In this document: positions 24,673 through 40,099 of the stretch, in pieces
Numbering within the stretch: position 1 is the first letter of the stretch
Layout of the letters: each line of letters begins with the position of its first letter
From: Octopus vulgaris
Lineage: Eukaryota
Length of the DNA: 64,000 bases
Direction of reading: 5' to 3'
NCBI GenBank assembly: GCA_951406725.2
Contig: OX597833.1
Coordinates: 18,600,001 to 18,664,000 of the forward strand
Translations under genes and position numbers: made by a program
Notes under the pieces: model-generated
Told to the model about the DNA's origin: nothing
What the model saw: only the letters and a program-made list of their open reading frames with translations
The model's database searches: none

Positions 24673-25224
24673 TTTACAAACGATTCTGAGAGAGGTGAGG
24701 TTGAAACGGACGTTCTAAATGCAAGGACGAACGACAGTAACAGAAATGGCGGCTGCGCTGACGACGGCGGTCGTTCGAGGCGATCGGAGAATCACACAGA
24801 TAGTAATGAAAGCAGAGCGGTGAGAACAAGACGCGGTTGATCCCAGAATAATTGAAAGCTATTGTTGATGATATACTGATGCCGTGATATCCAGGTGAGA
24901 AGCAGTGAGTGTGGGTAGAATTAAGTCTTTGAACGCGCTGACCCTACCTTTTTAGAGAAAAGTTGGACAATAACCCAGACTGTAGAGATGGGTTTAGAGG
25001 GGAAGGAAGAGGAGGGCGGTTGTGTCTCGAACAAGAATAAAGGGAAAACGATCATGATTCCTTTTTGTGTGTGTGTGTGTGTTTTGTCTCGTTTGTATAC
25101 ACAAATGCACACACCCATACATACATATACACATATACATTTATATATATATATACATATAAACACACATTTATACAAATACATATACATGTATGTATAT
25201 ATATATATACATATACATATGCAA

Positions 25225-25261
<37 letters not shown>

Positions 25262-25289
25262 AATATACATATAAACATACATATATAGG

Positions 25290-25329
<40 letters not shown>

Positions 25330-25510
25330 CGTGTATATATGTATATATATATGTATATATATGTATACATGTATATATATACATATACACACATATATAT
25401 ATACATATATGTATATGCATATATGTACATATATATATATACAACATACATATATATATACACATACATATATATCCATATACACACATATATATACATA
25501 TATATATGCA

Positions 25511-25576
<66 letters not shown>

Positions 25577-26566
25577 CATAGACATATGTATGTATATATA
25601 GGCGTATATATAATATATATATATACATACATATATACTTACATATATGTGCGTATATATATGTATATGTGGGGGGGGGTTCGCATGTGTGTATGTCTGT
25701 GTGTGTGTGTGTGGTGAGAGGGAAAAAAGTGACGTTGATGAATAGTGATATGGTGAGAGAGAGAGAGAGAGAGATTTACCTTATCTTTTTCTTTTCCCCT
25801 TGCAGGTAGGAAGAAAGAGGTCTTTTTTAAAAAAAAAAAAAAAGTAAAATCTCATAACTTTAATAAATTCAAATTCGCACTCGTCTCGTGTTACCCTTGT
25901 CTTCTTGTCTATAAAGCCATATTAATCTCGCTTTGTATGAGGCAGACGACACTGAATCGTATCGACTATGACGCACACACACACACACACACATATACAC
26001 AAGCACACACACACACACTTACACATGCACACGTGGACAGACACATGCACATGCTCTCACACACATGCAAATACAAACACACTCACACACACACACGCAC
26101 ACACTTGGAAATCCACACACACACATATACACAGACACTCAGATACCCATACACACACACGCACGTATCCACACACTCTCAAATGCACACACACACACAC
26201 ATACACAGAAGCACACGCACACACACTCTCACTCACATGCACGTGCGCACGCGCACACACAAAGTCACAAACGCACGCACACTCATTTAATTAATTGACA
26301 CTTGGAACATTCGTTAAAAATTTATCTTGTTTCCTCTCATAATCTAACGTTTGCTCGGATACCATGAAGAATTAGTAGAACCCTCTGATTCCTTCCTTCG
26401 AGCATAGGTAACAATAGCCTTTCTCTCAAGCCACGAAGGTGCCTATATTCGTGTGTTCGACCTCCTAAATATAGCAGTTAAATCTTTCTTCAACCCCGCC
26501 AAACATATATAACCCCATACCATCTAAACAAAACCCAACAAAGTTACATTAGATAAGATATTAATT

Positions 26567-27322
26567 TCGAATTTTGGCACAAGGCCAGCAATTTGGAGGG
26601 AGTTGGTAAGTCGATCACATCGACCCCACGGCTCCACTCACACTTGTTTAATCGATCCCGAAAGAATGAAAGTCAAAGTCGACCTCGGTGGAATTTGAAC
26701 TAAGAACACGAAGATTGACGAAATGCCTCGAAGCAGTTCGCCCGACGTGCTAACGATTCTGCCAGTTCGCTGAGTTTCACATTAGATAATATATTCTTTT
26801 CTATTCTAGGCACAAAGCCCGACATTTTTGGAGAGGGGGGGGCAGTCGATTAGTACGCAACTGGTACTTAATTTGTCGACCTCGAAAGGATGAAAGGCAA
26901 AGTCGACCTCAGAGGAATTTCAACTCAGAACATAAAGACAGACGAAATACCTATTTCTTTACTACCCACAAGGGGCTAAACACGGAGAGGACAAACAAGG
27001 ACAGACAAACGGATTAAATCAATTATATCGACCCCAGTGCGTAACTGGTACTTATTTAATCGACCCTGAAAGGATGAAAGGCAAAGTCGATCTCAGAGGA
27101 ATTTCAACTCAGAACATAAAGACAGATGAAATACCTATTTCTTTACTACCCACAAGGGGCTAAACACATAGGGGACAAACAAGGACAGACAAACGGATTA
27201 AATCGATTATATCGACCTCATTGCGTAACTGATACTTATTTAATCGACCAGGCTCTTTTGCCGAACCGCTATGTTACGGGGACGTAAATACACCAACATT
27301 GGTTGTCAAGCGATGGAGGGGA

Positions 27323-27361
<39 letters not shown>

Positions 27362-27518
27362 AATATATCAGTTTCCATCAACCAGATTCACTCACAAGGC
27401 ATGGTGGCTCCGGGACTATAGTAGAAGACACCTGCACGACATGCCTCGCATGTGGGACTGAAACCAAAACCACATGGTTGTAACGCCACCTTCTTAACCA
27501 CACAGCCATGCCTGCGCC
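26567..27518 (-). mobile_element. Cluster of SINE A multimers fused to a SINE B 5' part
   Basis: Repeated A blocks with GAAATAC|CTATTTCTTT junctions; B sequence from 27250. Confidence 0.82.
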
Positions 27519-27852
27519 TGTGAAGGAAAGGGAATAATTTAGTGGACCAAGTTCACCCGCAACCCTGCTCCTCCTCAACGGATTCCAAATAACAGAAGTT
27601 TGTTCAACAACGTGGATGTAGGTACCTTTATCTATCCGACCCGACCCCCACTCCATTACTTGTCCACCCGCTAGGGGCTGTATGTGTGGGGTTCTCAGCT
27701 CTCTATGATCTACATTTAATATTACTACTCTTAAGCAGTGCGTGACTATACAAATACCATATACAAGTCGTACACACTCACACACACAACACGCTCACAC
27801 ACACACACTTTCATATACACACTCACACATTTATAAAAACAAACAAATGCTC

Positions 27853-27895
<43 letters not shown>

Positions 27896-27932
27896 TGTAT
27901 ATAAGTATGTGTGTATTTATATACATATATAC

Positions 27933-27977
<45 letters not shown>

Positions 27978-28068
27978 CATACATACATACATATATATAA
28001 ATAAATATATATATATATATGCATATATATAAATATATATGTATACGTGTGTATATTATGTAATGAAA

Positions 28069-28107
<39 letters not shown>

Positions 28108-28479
28108 CACGTTTTTATATATGTACGCTTTTACATGTGTTTTTACGTCTGTATATATATATATATATATATTTGTGTGTGTGTGTGTGTGTGTGTATGG
28201 GGGAGCATCTAGGTGTGCATGTGCGTATGTATCTGTTCGTATATGCGTGTATATGTATACGTATTTATGTACTTATTTGTATATGTGAAGTCAAGTATCT
28301 ATGGAACTGGAGTTCTTTGAGACTTTCTCCAAACGGATGGTGGGTTTATAGTGTTCAAAAACGCCGTTGCAGATATCAAGAATTAGGTCATACAAAAAAG
28401 AAAGAAAGGAAAAAAAAGAGTTTTTCCATATAATTCCTGGGATATTATTGAGACCGAATGAACCGGTTTTAAATCCTAA

Positions 28480-29308
28480 TTTCAAATGCCAAAGAGGTCG
28501 ACTTTGACTTTCATCATTTTGAGGTCAATAAAACAAGTACCAGTTACACACTGCCTATTATTACTATTATCATCTAAGGCAGTGAGCTGGCAGAATCGTT
28601 AGCACGCCGGACAAAATGCTTAGCAGTATTTCGTCTGCCGTTACGTTCTGAGTTCAAATTCCGCCGAGGTCGACTTTGCCTTTCATCCTATCGGGGTCGA
28701 TAAATTAAGTACCAGTTACGCACTGTGGTCGATGTAATCGACTTAATCCGTTTGTCTGTCCTTGTTTGTCCCCTCTGTGTTTAGCCCCTTGTGGGTAGTA
28801 AAGAAATAGGTGTTTCGTCCCTCTCTACGTTCTGAGTTTAAATTCCGCCGAGGTCTACTTTCCCTTTCATTCTTTCCGGGTCGATAAAATTAAGTACCAG
28901 TTGAGTACTGAGATCGATGTAATCGACTTGCACCCTTCCTCTGAAATTGCTGGCCCTGAGTCAAAATTTGAAATCATTATTAGTTCTGAGTTCAAACTTC
29001 ATTGAGGTCGACTTTGCTTTCATCATTCCGGGGTCGATAAATTAAGTACCAGTGAAGCATTAGGGTCGATGTAATCGACTAGTCCCCTCCCCCAAAATTC
29101 CAGGCCTTGTGCCTATAATAGAAAGGATTATTATTATTATTATTATTAATGAGTGGCTGTGTGGTAAGTAGCTTGTTTACCAACCACATGGTTCCGGGTT
29201 CAGTCCCATAGCGTGGCACCTTGGGCAAGTGTCTTCTACTATAGCCTCGGGCCGACCAAAGACTTGTGAGTGGATTTGGTAGACGGAAACTGAAAGAAGC
29301 CTGTCGTA

Positions 29309-29354
<46 letters not shown>

Positions 29355-29816
29355 TGTGTGTGTTTGTGTGTCTGTGTTTGTCCCCCTAGCATTGCTTGAC
29401 AACCGATGCTGGTGTGTTTATGTCCCCGTTACTTAGCGGTTCGGCAAAAGAGACCGATAGAATAAGTACTGGGCTTACAAAAGAATAAGTCCTGGGGTCG
29501 ATTTGCTCGATTAAAGGCGGTGCTCCAGCATGGCCGCTGTCAAATGACTAAAACAAGTAAAAGAGTATTATTATTATTATTATTTATTTCTTTATTGCCC
29601 ACAAGGGACTAAACACAGAGGGAACAAACAAGGACAGACACACGGATTAAATCGATTACATCGACCTCAGTGCGTAACTGGTACTTAATTTATCGACCCC
29701 GAAAGGATGAAAGGCAAAGTCGACCTCGACAGAATTTGAACTCAGAACGTAATGGCAGACGAAATACCGCTACGCATTTCGCCCGGCGTGCTAACGTTTC
29801 TACCAGCTCGCCGCCT
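28480..29816. mobile_element. SINE cluster: A multimers (+, 28480-29130), B (+, 29150-29565), A (-, 29582-29816)
   Basis: Matches to the family consensus seen elsewhere in the window. Confidence 0.85.
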
Positions 29817-30287
29817 TCCTATAGTAGAAAGTATTGTCGACACCGAATGCATTGTAATTTTAAATGAATTCTGTGCATCTTGTTTTTAGTTCAGTTAAAG
29901 AAAAAAAAAACAATAAGAAAGAGATATAGCTGCATTATAAGTGTTTTTATCATAGAATCATAGCTGTGACCTCTCAGTGCGGAGAAATGGCTTTTAAATC
30001 TAACAGTACACATCATAATAATTAAGCAACAACAAGCTTCTTTTTGGCTCCTGCTACACCTTTTAGTAGACTTTATTTTAGCGTCTCATGACATTTGCTT
30101 TACGCTTATGTGACATGACGGAGTAACTAGAATATTGAATTAATTACAAAATTGCTACGTAATTAAGTGCTACGATCCAGAGAGCGAAAACCAAAAGTGG
30201 CTGATTAATTGCAACGTGGTAATTCCTAATTAAGAGGTTCCAATTTAAGCAGGAAAACGACAAGGAGAGTCAAGCATCGATAGTTCG

Positions 30288-30351
<64 letters not shown>

Positions 30352-30356
30352 GTATA

Positions 30357-30515
30357 GGCGCAGGAGTAGCTGTGTGGTAAGTAGCTTGCTTACCAACCAC
30401 ATGGTTCCTGGTTCATTTCCACAGCGAGGCACCTTGGGCAAGTGTCTTCCATTATAGCCTCGGGTTGACTAAAGCCTCGTGAATGGTAGACGGAAACTGA
30501 AAGAAGCCCGTCGTT

Positions 30516-30577
<62 letters not shown>

Positions 30578-30826
30578 GGTGTTTGTCCCCCCAACATCGC
30601 TTGACAACCGATGGTGGTGTGTTTACGTCCCCATAACTTAGCGGTTCGGCAAAAAAGACCGATAGAACATGTACTAGGCCTTCAAAGAATAAGCCCTGGG
30701 GTCGATTTGCTCGACTAAACGTGGTGCTCCTGCTTGGCCACAGTCAAATGACTGAAACAAGTAAAAGAGAAATTATTATTATTATCATCATCATCATCAT
30801 CATCATTATTATTATTATTATTATTA

Positions 30827-30876
<50 letters not shown>

Positions 30877-31288
30877 GGTAAGGCGACGAATCGTTAGCTC
30901 GCCGGGCGAAATGTTTAGCGGTATTTCGTCTGCTGCTACGTTCTGAGTTCGAATTCCGCCGAGTTCGACTTTGCCTTTCATCCTTTCGGGGTCGATTAAA
31001 ATAAGTACCAGTTACGCACCGGGGTCGATATAATCGATTTAATCCGTTTGTCTGTCCTTGTTTGTCCCCTCTGTGTATAGCCCCTTGTGGGTAGTAAAGA
31101 AATAGGTATTTGGTCTGCCGTTAGGTTCTGAGTTCAAATTCCGCCGTGGTTGAGTTTACCTTTCATCCTTCTGGGGTCGATTAAATAAGTACTAGTTACG
31201 TACCGTGGTCGATGTAATCGACTCAATCCCTTTGTCTATCATTGTTTGTCTCCTCTATATTTAGCCCCTTGTGGGCAATAAAGAAATA
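30357..31288 (+). mobile_element. SINE B (30357-30769) and SINE A dimer (30881-31288) within (ATT)n tracts
   Basis: Matches to family consensus. Confidence 0.85.
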
Positions 31289-31459
31289 TATTATTATTAT
31301 TATTATTATTATTTTGTTTGTCCGCCTCCAGCCCCGTTATTTCAGGCGTTAAATTGCAGCAATATTGAACTTTGTTATAATAACGAGATTTCTTTCGCAG
31401 AGGAAATTTTATACAAAGTATTAGGGTATTTCTTTGTATTGTTTATGTGTTTTGTGTGC

Positions 31460-31494
<35 letters not shown>

Positions 31495-31756
31495 TGAGTG
31501 AGTGAGTGAGTATAGATGTGTGCGTGTGCGCACATAGATATAATTTACAGAGAATTAGAAAGAACGAGAGGTGGTGATAGACGCACACAGAATGATGGAT
31601 ATCCGGGGCAGACTGATAGATAAACTGTCAGTTAAATGAATACAAACAGAAGAGAGAATTCGCAAGGGAGGACCACGAAAAGAAAAAAAAAAAAAGAAGA
31701 AGAAAAAAAAGCAACAACAACAACAACAACGACATCGTCATCATCAGCAACAATAA

Positions 31757-31787
<31 letters not shown>

Positions 31788-31984
31788 AACAACAGCAAAG
31801 ATAGCAAAGACCAAAAAGTATGTAATGTTAAACGACTGAGAACATAGCTCAGTTGTACTAAAAGATTCTTGCCTGGCGTCCGTGTAAACAAACAACTTCA
31901 GCTCATAAGCAACCCCGCGGCCACACACACACATCGCGCGCGCACGCACACATACATACACACACACACACCTACACACACACA

Positions 31985-32032
<48 letters not shown>

Positions 32033-32363
32033 CACGCACAAACCATTCCCACCACCAACACCACCACCACCACCACCGTCATCACTACATCGTACCACTC
32101 CGCTTGCTCAGATAGAGGACTCTTACCCAAACAACCCCACGCCGCCACAGTGTGACAAGACCCTCTTCTACCCCTCATCGAAACACCACCCCCTCCCCCC
32201 AGACTGCACCCTCGTCCCCGACCGCCTCCACCCCCCTAAAATCAACAATATCAGCGAATTCTTGGGGAAAGTGAATGTTATGGAACTGAACCGACGCCTA
32301 ATGACTTCCAAGAAAAATCACAGAACATGATAATTAATTGTAAGGGACATAAAACATACATAC

Positions 32364-32463
32364 NNNNNNNNNNNNNNNNNNNNNNNNNNNNNNNNNNNNN
32401 NNNNNNNNNNNNNNNNNNNNNNNNNNNNNNNNNNNNNNNNNNNNNNNNNNNNNNNNNNNNNNN
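32364..32463. other. Assembly gap (100 N)
   Basis: Run of exactly 100 N, typical of an unsized scaffold join. Confidence 0.99.
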
Positions 32464-32985
32464 TGTGTGTGTATAGAGATCAACCATTCCTGGAATTGAA
32501 AATTCCCAGTAGCATTTATCATTAACAACTGTTTTTTTCTTGTTCTCCTTAATGTTACTTTAGCACACAAGGACAGTTGAAAGGTCACATACAAACATTA
32601 CGTATTATATATGCACGTTTAGTATAGCAACGTGCCCCGCCTAGATCCAGTATTTACAACAAGAAACAACTCATGGCTCGAATTATTATTTAATTAACTG
32701 ATAAGATTTTAAACATAAAGTGATACGATTCATTATAGGCATCAATTTGAGAGAAAACTGTAAAAATCTACCCAAATACGACTAGGAACAAAATAAATGA
32801 CCAATTATATTGTAATGGATATTGAAGTGTTAATGGTTTTTTTTTAAATAAAACTGAAAAAATATCATTCCGCAAAAGTATTTATATATTTAGTGTGCAC
32901 GTCTCTCTCTATCTCTCTCTCTCTCTCTTTATAATACATCTCTCTCTCTCTCTCTCCTTCTTTATAACACATCTCTCTCCCTCTT

Positions 32986-33057
<72 letters not shown>

Positions 33058-33224
33058 CTCGCCCTGTTTCTCTCACATCTCTGTATCTCTATCACACACT
33101 CACATTTTTCCTTCTCTACAAGTCTCTAACATATTTCTTTCTCCCTTTTCACAATTTTTCTATCATTCTCTGTCACTTTCACTAGCTCCCTCTTTCTCTC
33201 TCTCCCTCTGTCTCTCTCTCTCCC

Positions 33225-33279
<55 letters not shown>

Positions 33280-34239
33280 AACTTTCCGCTCACTGTATAA
33301 TTTATGTCTGTTTGAAATATTTATTACAGAAAACATTAACAAGCTAACATTAACTAAATCTGAAAATCTGATACCGGCAATATATGCGGCTGAGCAGTAA
33401 TTAATCAACACCATACTACACACTTAAAGACCTCAAGTCCCAATCTCTTAACGGTATTTCTTCTTGTGCTATCCATTCATGACTACCCAATTTGTTTTAT
33501 CTCTGTTCTTTCAAATATATGCAGGCACTGCTGTGTGGTTAAGAAACTCGCTTTGCAATGACATAGTTTTGAGTTCAGTTCTACAGTGCGGTTCCTTGAG
33601 TCTTCGGCCGACTAATGCTGAGTGAATTTAGTGAGTGGACTTAGTAGATGGAAACTGTGTGGAAGCCTGTCGAATATATATTAGGTATGAGTGTGTGACT
33701 ATGTTTTTGTGGCTTTGTTTGTGTTTGTCACCTCCACCACTTGACAACCGGTGTTGTTTATTTACGTCCCCGTAACTTAGCGGTTCGGCAAAAAAGTGTA
33801 TATGACCTGATCACTAACAAAATTCCGTACTGCATCTCTGTGTTTATGCGTGTGTGTGTGTGTGTGTGTGTGTAAATGTCGAACGATGAAAATGAGTGCT
33901 CAACACTGCATTGGTGAATGTAATTTGTTTATTTGTGAATCAAGGCTACCGTTGGTTTCATGTTAGGAAAGTAGGAAAATATCCTAGTGTCTTAACAAAT
34001 CTTCAAGCCGATCATATGGAGAAAGGTGTTCACCCCCATTTTGGAAATCAAATATATGTATATATATATATATGCATGTATTATGCAACGGGCTTCTTTC
34101 AGTGTCCGTCAACTAAATCCATTCAGAAGGTCTTGGTCGGTCCAAGGCTATAGTAGATGACACTCGCCAAGATGCCACGTAGTAAGACCGAACCCGGAAC
34201 CATATGGTTGGCAAGTAAACTTACCACTTAACCAATCCT

Positions 34240-34292
<53 letters not shown>

Positions 34293-34295
<3 letters not shown>

Positions 34296-34503
34296 CGGGA
34301 AGCTTTATGAAAATAAACAAAAGACGAAGGCAGGTGGAGTACAAACAAACAATTGTATTAGTATGGCGCTCAGGAATATAAATAAAACAAGTCTTTTACG
34401 TTTCGCGCCTACGCTCTTCAACAGAAAGATACACAGAAAAGAAACACGGAGAGAAACAAGGAGAGAAAAAAAAATGCGTGCAGAAGCTAGCGATTCAACA
34501 TGG

Positions 34504-34505
<2 letters not shown>
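34293..34505 (-). mobile_element. Short (TA)n-embedded Penelope-like element with hammerhead-like motif (34392-34429)
   Basis: Reverse complement TCTTT-CTGTTGA-A-GAG-CGTAGG-CGC-GAAAC-GTA-AAAGA; near-identical to 57348-57550; (TA)n on both sides. Confidence 0.65.
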
Positions 34506-34573
<68 letters not shown>

Positions 34574-34944
34574 ATACATGAAGAGAAAGAAAGAGTGGAG
34601 ATAAAGGAAGAGAGGGGAGATGCGTACGAATATAAAACTATATTGCGCAGCTTATTTCTAAATTGTTTTTCAAATTATCTTAAATTCAAAAATAAATTGA
34701 AATTAACGATTGAGCGGTTTTTGAAGTGTCCCAACGGGGTTCTGAATTGTATAAAGACACAGATTTTAGGGTTGTTACTGGTGCTTTTGGTGCTACCACC
34801 AATGTTGTTGGTTAGTTGCATAGTCGGCTTGTTAGCTTGTTTGTCTAACGTTAGACTAGGAATAATATTAAAAAAAACGGTTCCAAAATCGTTTTAGTGA
34901 GAATAACTTAAAATCATTCTATTACATCAACAATAACTTCTGTG

Positions 34945-35011
<67 letters not shown>

Positions 35012-35569
35012 CTGGAAAGGTCTTTCTTAACCTCTGATCTCATATTTGCATGTTTAGCTGGATTTGGTTTCTTTTTTGGGGGCATGAAATTTTTACTTGT
35101 AATTGTTGTTGTTGTTGTTATTGTTATTATTCGTATTATTATTATACTTCATTTCCTTTTAAAGCTAGTTTCTCCAGGGACAGAAGCATGCATATAATGT
35201 TTGTTGTGTTGTCTCTAATGACTTTGTCTGGTCTTCTGGCTCCAGTCAGTTTTTTTTTATCTGTGTGGCTATTAAAACTTCTACGAAACATTTACACTTC
35301 AATTTCAGTGACATCATCTCGCCTCTGTTCTCACCATTTTCGAGTGTGTGGATGTGGCATGTACACATACACACACCCACAAACACAAACAAACAAACAA
35401 TTACATGGAAACAAAGAGAGAGACAGATAGCCGACAGAGACAGAAAATTAGTCACGACACACGGATACACACATGTATAGTATGTGTCTATATAGGTGCA
35501 TCGAAGTGTGCGCCACAAATATATGAATATGTGTTTGCTTGTATCTGTATGAATGCCTATATGTATCCC

Positions 35570-36472
<903 letters not shown>

Positions 36473-37155
36473 CTTTTGTATGAGTAACTGGAGAGCAGAG
36501 TTTAGGCGTTGAAAATACAACTGTTGTGTGCTTATATAACTTATTTGTAACACAATATATTCTTTCAAGTTCCCCATATATTCCTCAGTCGCACTTCAGA
36601 CTTCAGTTAATGTATTAAGCTCTCCATGTGTGTGTGTGTGTGTGTGTGTTATCCTATTAATCCTTCGCAGATTTCCCTCACTGAATCCTGGCCATACTGG
36701 GGCACCACGTTCAAGTGTTTGTAGTTGATGACATCTACCTCCATACTTATTTTATCGTTGACCCAACTCGTTACGTGATCTTACGGATTTTCCATCACGG
36801 TTTCTTCCGGATATGAACTCAGAACTTAAAAAGCGGGAAGAAATATCACTAAGCATTTTGTCCGACGCACGAAAGATTCTGCTAACTAGCTACGTTGTCG
36901 TGTAAAAATTATCACCAAAAATTAACATAGATGTACTGTAGGAACGTCATAATACTGCAGTATTCGTCTTGAGAAAGCATCTCATTTTGATGTATAGTGT
37001 TAAAAAACAGAAGTGTACTTGTAGCAGGAGAAGAGTGTCCAGCACCAGCAGTGGAACTGCCCACCAGCTATTAGCAATACCAGTGTCTATCACTCCTTTC
37101 CCCATCAGCAAAAATTTATCGATAGTTATCAGGTGTTCAGTTTTGTTTGGGAATA

Positions 37156-37575
37156 CTCTCTTTACTCTTTTACTTGTTTCAGTCATTTGACTGCGGCCAT
37201 GCTGGAGCACCGCCTTTAGTCGAGCAAATCGACCCCGGGACTTATTCTTTGTAAGTTTAGTACTTATTCTATCGGTGTCTTTTGCCGAACCGCTAAGTTA
37301 CGGGAACGTAAACACATTACCATCGGTTGTCAAGCGATGTTGGGGGTGGGACAAACACAGACACACAAACATATACGCACACATACATATATATATATAT
37401 AGATAGATATACGACGGGCTTCTTTCAGTTTCCGTCTACCAAATCCACTCACAAGGCTTTGGTCGACCCGAGGCTATAGTAGAAGACACTTGCCCAAGGT
37501 GCCACGCAGTAGGAATGAACCCGGAACCATGTGGTCGGTTAGCAAGCTATTTACCACACAGCCACTCCTGCGCCT
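37156..37575 (-). mobile_element. SINE family B, full length
   Basis: Head GGCGCAGGAGTGGCTGTGTGG through (GTAAAAGA)n tail. Confidence 0.9.
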
Positions 37576-38172
37576 ATAGTGTATGTTTTTAGTGCGTTTA
37601 TTTCTAGCATTATGCTGCCTTCTGAATATTGCTCCAATCATTAGTCAGCCATTGCTTGTAAGGAATCTTGTAGAGTACAAATGCGCTGCCGACTACTGTT
37701 CTCTTGCTTAGTTTTGTTTTATGGTGTGTATTGTAGTACAGTACAATTGTTCCTTGTTGTAAGTGCTTTGTCACTCGACAAGAGAACGTCGTATATGTTT
37801 GGCCAATACAATAGTTGTAATCGTAAATTTTACAATTTGCGCGCTTGCAATCGGGTCCATATTTCGCAATCGCTCATTTGTTACTAGTTCGTGGATTTGT
37901 GTTTTGTTATTGGAAAGGTTTATTAGTGTTTTACACTGTATCTGTGTCTGTTTCTGCTTCAGTGAATGTATATATATATGCATCCCTTATACGTATATAC
38001 ATACATATATACATTCATGTATATACACGTATATCAATATATATACATCCATACATATGCATATACATACGTATACATACATACATACATACATACATAC
38101 AGATAGATAGATAGATAGATATATAGATAGATAGATAGATAGATATCCACACATATACCTATACATACGCAT

Positions 38173-38256
<84 letters not shown>

Positions 38257-38613
38257 TAGGAGGTCTGCGGTGATACATTCAACTATTCTACAGTAATCTT
38301 TTAGCATCATGTTTTACTTGTCTCAGTTATTTGACTCCGGCCATGCTGGGGCACCGCATTCGACTAAAATTGCTACTGATGTGGTTGATTGTTAAGTTTT
38401 TCAGACGAGTAGAAGTATAAAAAGAAATGAAGCAATTTTAGTCGAATGAATCGATCTCAATCCTTTTTTTATTTTTTAAAACTTGGTACTTATTCTATCG
38501 GTCTCTTTTACTGAGCCCCTAAGTTACGGGACGTAAACACACCAACACCGGTTGTTGAGCGGTCGTGGGAGACCTTAATGGAGAACCCAGAGCTACTTCA
38601 TCCTTTGTACCCC

Positions 38614-39165
38614 GGATCTTCCTTTTGAACGGCAGTTTGTAACATAATTTCTAGGTAACTAAAAAGTTTTAAACTTCGTATACTGGTAGAATGTATTTAT
38701 AAAACATCAGTTTCTCTTGGTTTTATTGAGAAAATTCTATAGTTTGTAAGATATTTCGTTTGAAAATCCGAGCATTTCGGCAATTTTAGCCAATCGATTA
38801 CCTCCATTCAACTAAAATCATTTGCTGCGTCTAAAATTACTGAGACAACATCCTGTAACCTAACCCTAACCCTTTTTTTTTTCTTAATTATTAAATTAAT
38901 TTAATAATTAAGAAAAAAAAATTAGGGTTAGGGTTAGTTACAGGATGTTGTCTCAGTTTTAGACGCAGCAAATGATTTTAGCTCAAAAGAGAGCATAGGA
39001 TTGGTTAAAATTCGAAAAATTAAACTACGTTAAACAAACAAATTACAATTTTCTCAAGAAAGCCAAGAGAAAAAAATGTTTTATTTTGACACATTCTACC
39101 AGTATACGAAGTTTTAAAGAGTTTAGTTAAGTAGAAATTGTCAGCCGTTCAAAAGGAAAAGATCA
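38614..39165. mobile_element. Merlin-type MITE, fully foldback, with inward CCCTAA/TTAGGG repeats
   Basis: Ends GGATCTTCCTTTTGAACGGC / GCCGTTCAAAAGGAAAAGATCA; 8-bp TSD TGTACCCC/TGTACTTC; near-perfect central palindrome. Confidence 0.72.
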
Positions 39166-39471
39166 TGTACTTCTTTGTAAACAATGAAAGAGTACTTCAT
39201 ATATTGGTACTTCAAATTTTTGCACAAAGCCAGCAAATTCAGGGGAGAGGGCAAGTCGATTACATTGACTCCAGTATGCAACTGGTACTTATTGTATCGA
39301 CCTCGAAAGGATAGAAGATAAAGTCGACCTCGGTGGAATTTGAACTAGGAACGTAAAGACGGATGAAATGCGCTTCCGCCATTTTCCCAGCGTACTAACG
39401 ATTCTGTTAGCTTGCCGGCTTTGAGTACTTCATATATTAGCAGGTATCGTGGTTGGTTTTATTCTTAATCG

Positions 39472-39853
39472 TGGAGGCGCAATGGCCCAGTGGTTAGGGC
39501 AGCGGACTCGCGGTCGTAGGATCGCGGTTTCGATTCCCAGACCGGGCGTTGTGAGTGTTTATTGAGCGAAAATACCTAAAGCTCCACGAGGCTCCGGCAG
39601 GGGATGGTGGTGATCCCTGCTGTACTCTTTCACCACAACTTTCTCTCACTCTTACTTCCTGTTTCTGTTGTACCTGTATTTCAAAGGGCCTGCCTTGTCA
39701 CTCTCTGTGTCACGCTGAAAAACCCCGAGAACTACGTTAAGGGTACACGTGTCTGTGGAGTGCTCAGCCACTTACACGTTAATTTCACGAGCAGGCTGTT
39801 CCGTTGATCGGATCAACCGGAACCCTCGTCGTCGTAACCGACGGAGTGCTTCC
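39472..39853 (+). mobile_element. SINE family C with tail type 1, full length
   Basis: A and B boxes; TSD ATTCTTAATCG at 39461-39471 and 39861-39871. Confidence 0.92.
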
Positions 39854-40099
39854 ATTCCATATTCTTAATCGTTTGCAAATGTAATCTAATATGTTTTTTG
39901 TTTTTGTTTTGTTTTTTTGTTTTTTGTCAGCGTATGAGACATTGGCAAGCAGACCTTCTACTTCAAAGACAGAGCTGTTACTCACTTCATTAGTCTCTTC
40001 TAAGATCTTTAGAAACCCTTCGAATAACAGTATTCAGTATCACAGTATTCAACAGTGTTATTTGATTATTTATCGATCTTGTATGTTGATGTAGGTATT

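Noticed and set aside
38857-38937. Telomere fusion site (CCCTAA facing TTAGGG)
   Set aside because: Only 2-3 units, oriented opposite to an end-to-end fusion, and internal to a MITE whose relative at 52113 has the same repeats.
39472-39545. SINE heads as tRNA genes (also 17977, 56990, 58081)
   Set aside because: They have A/B boxes but no complete cloverleaf, and they continue into repeat bodies with TSDs.
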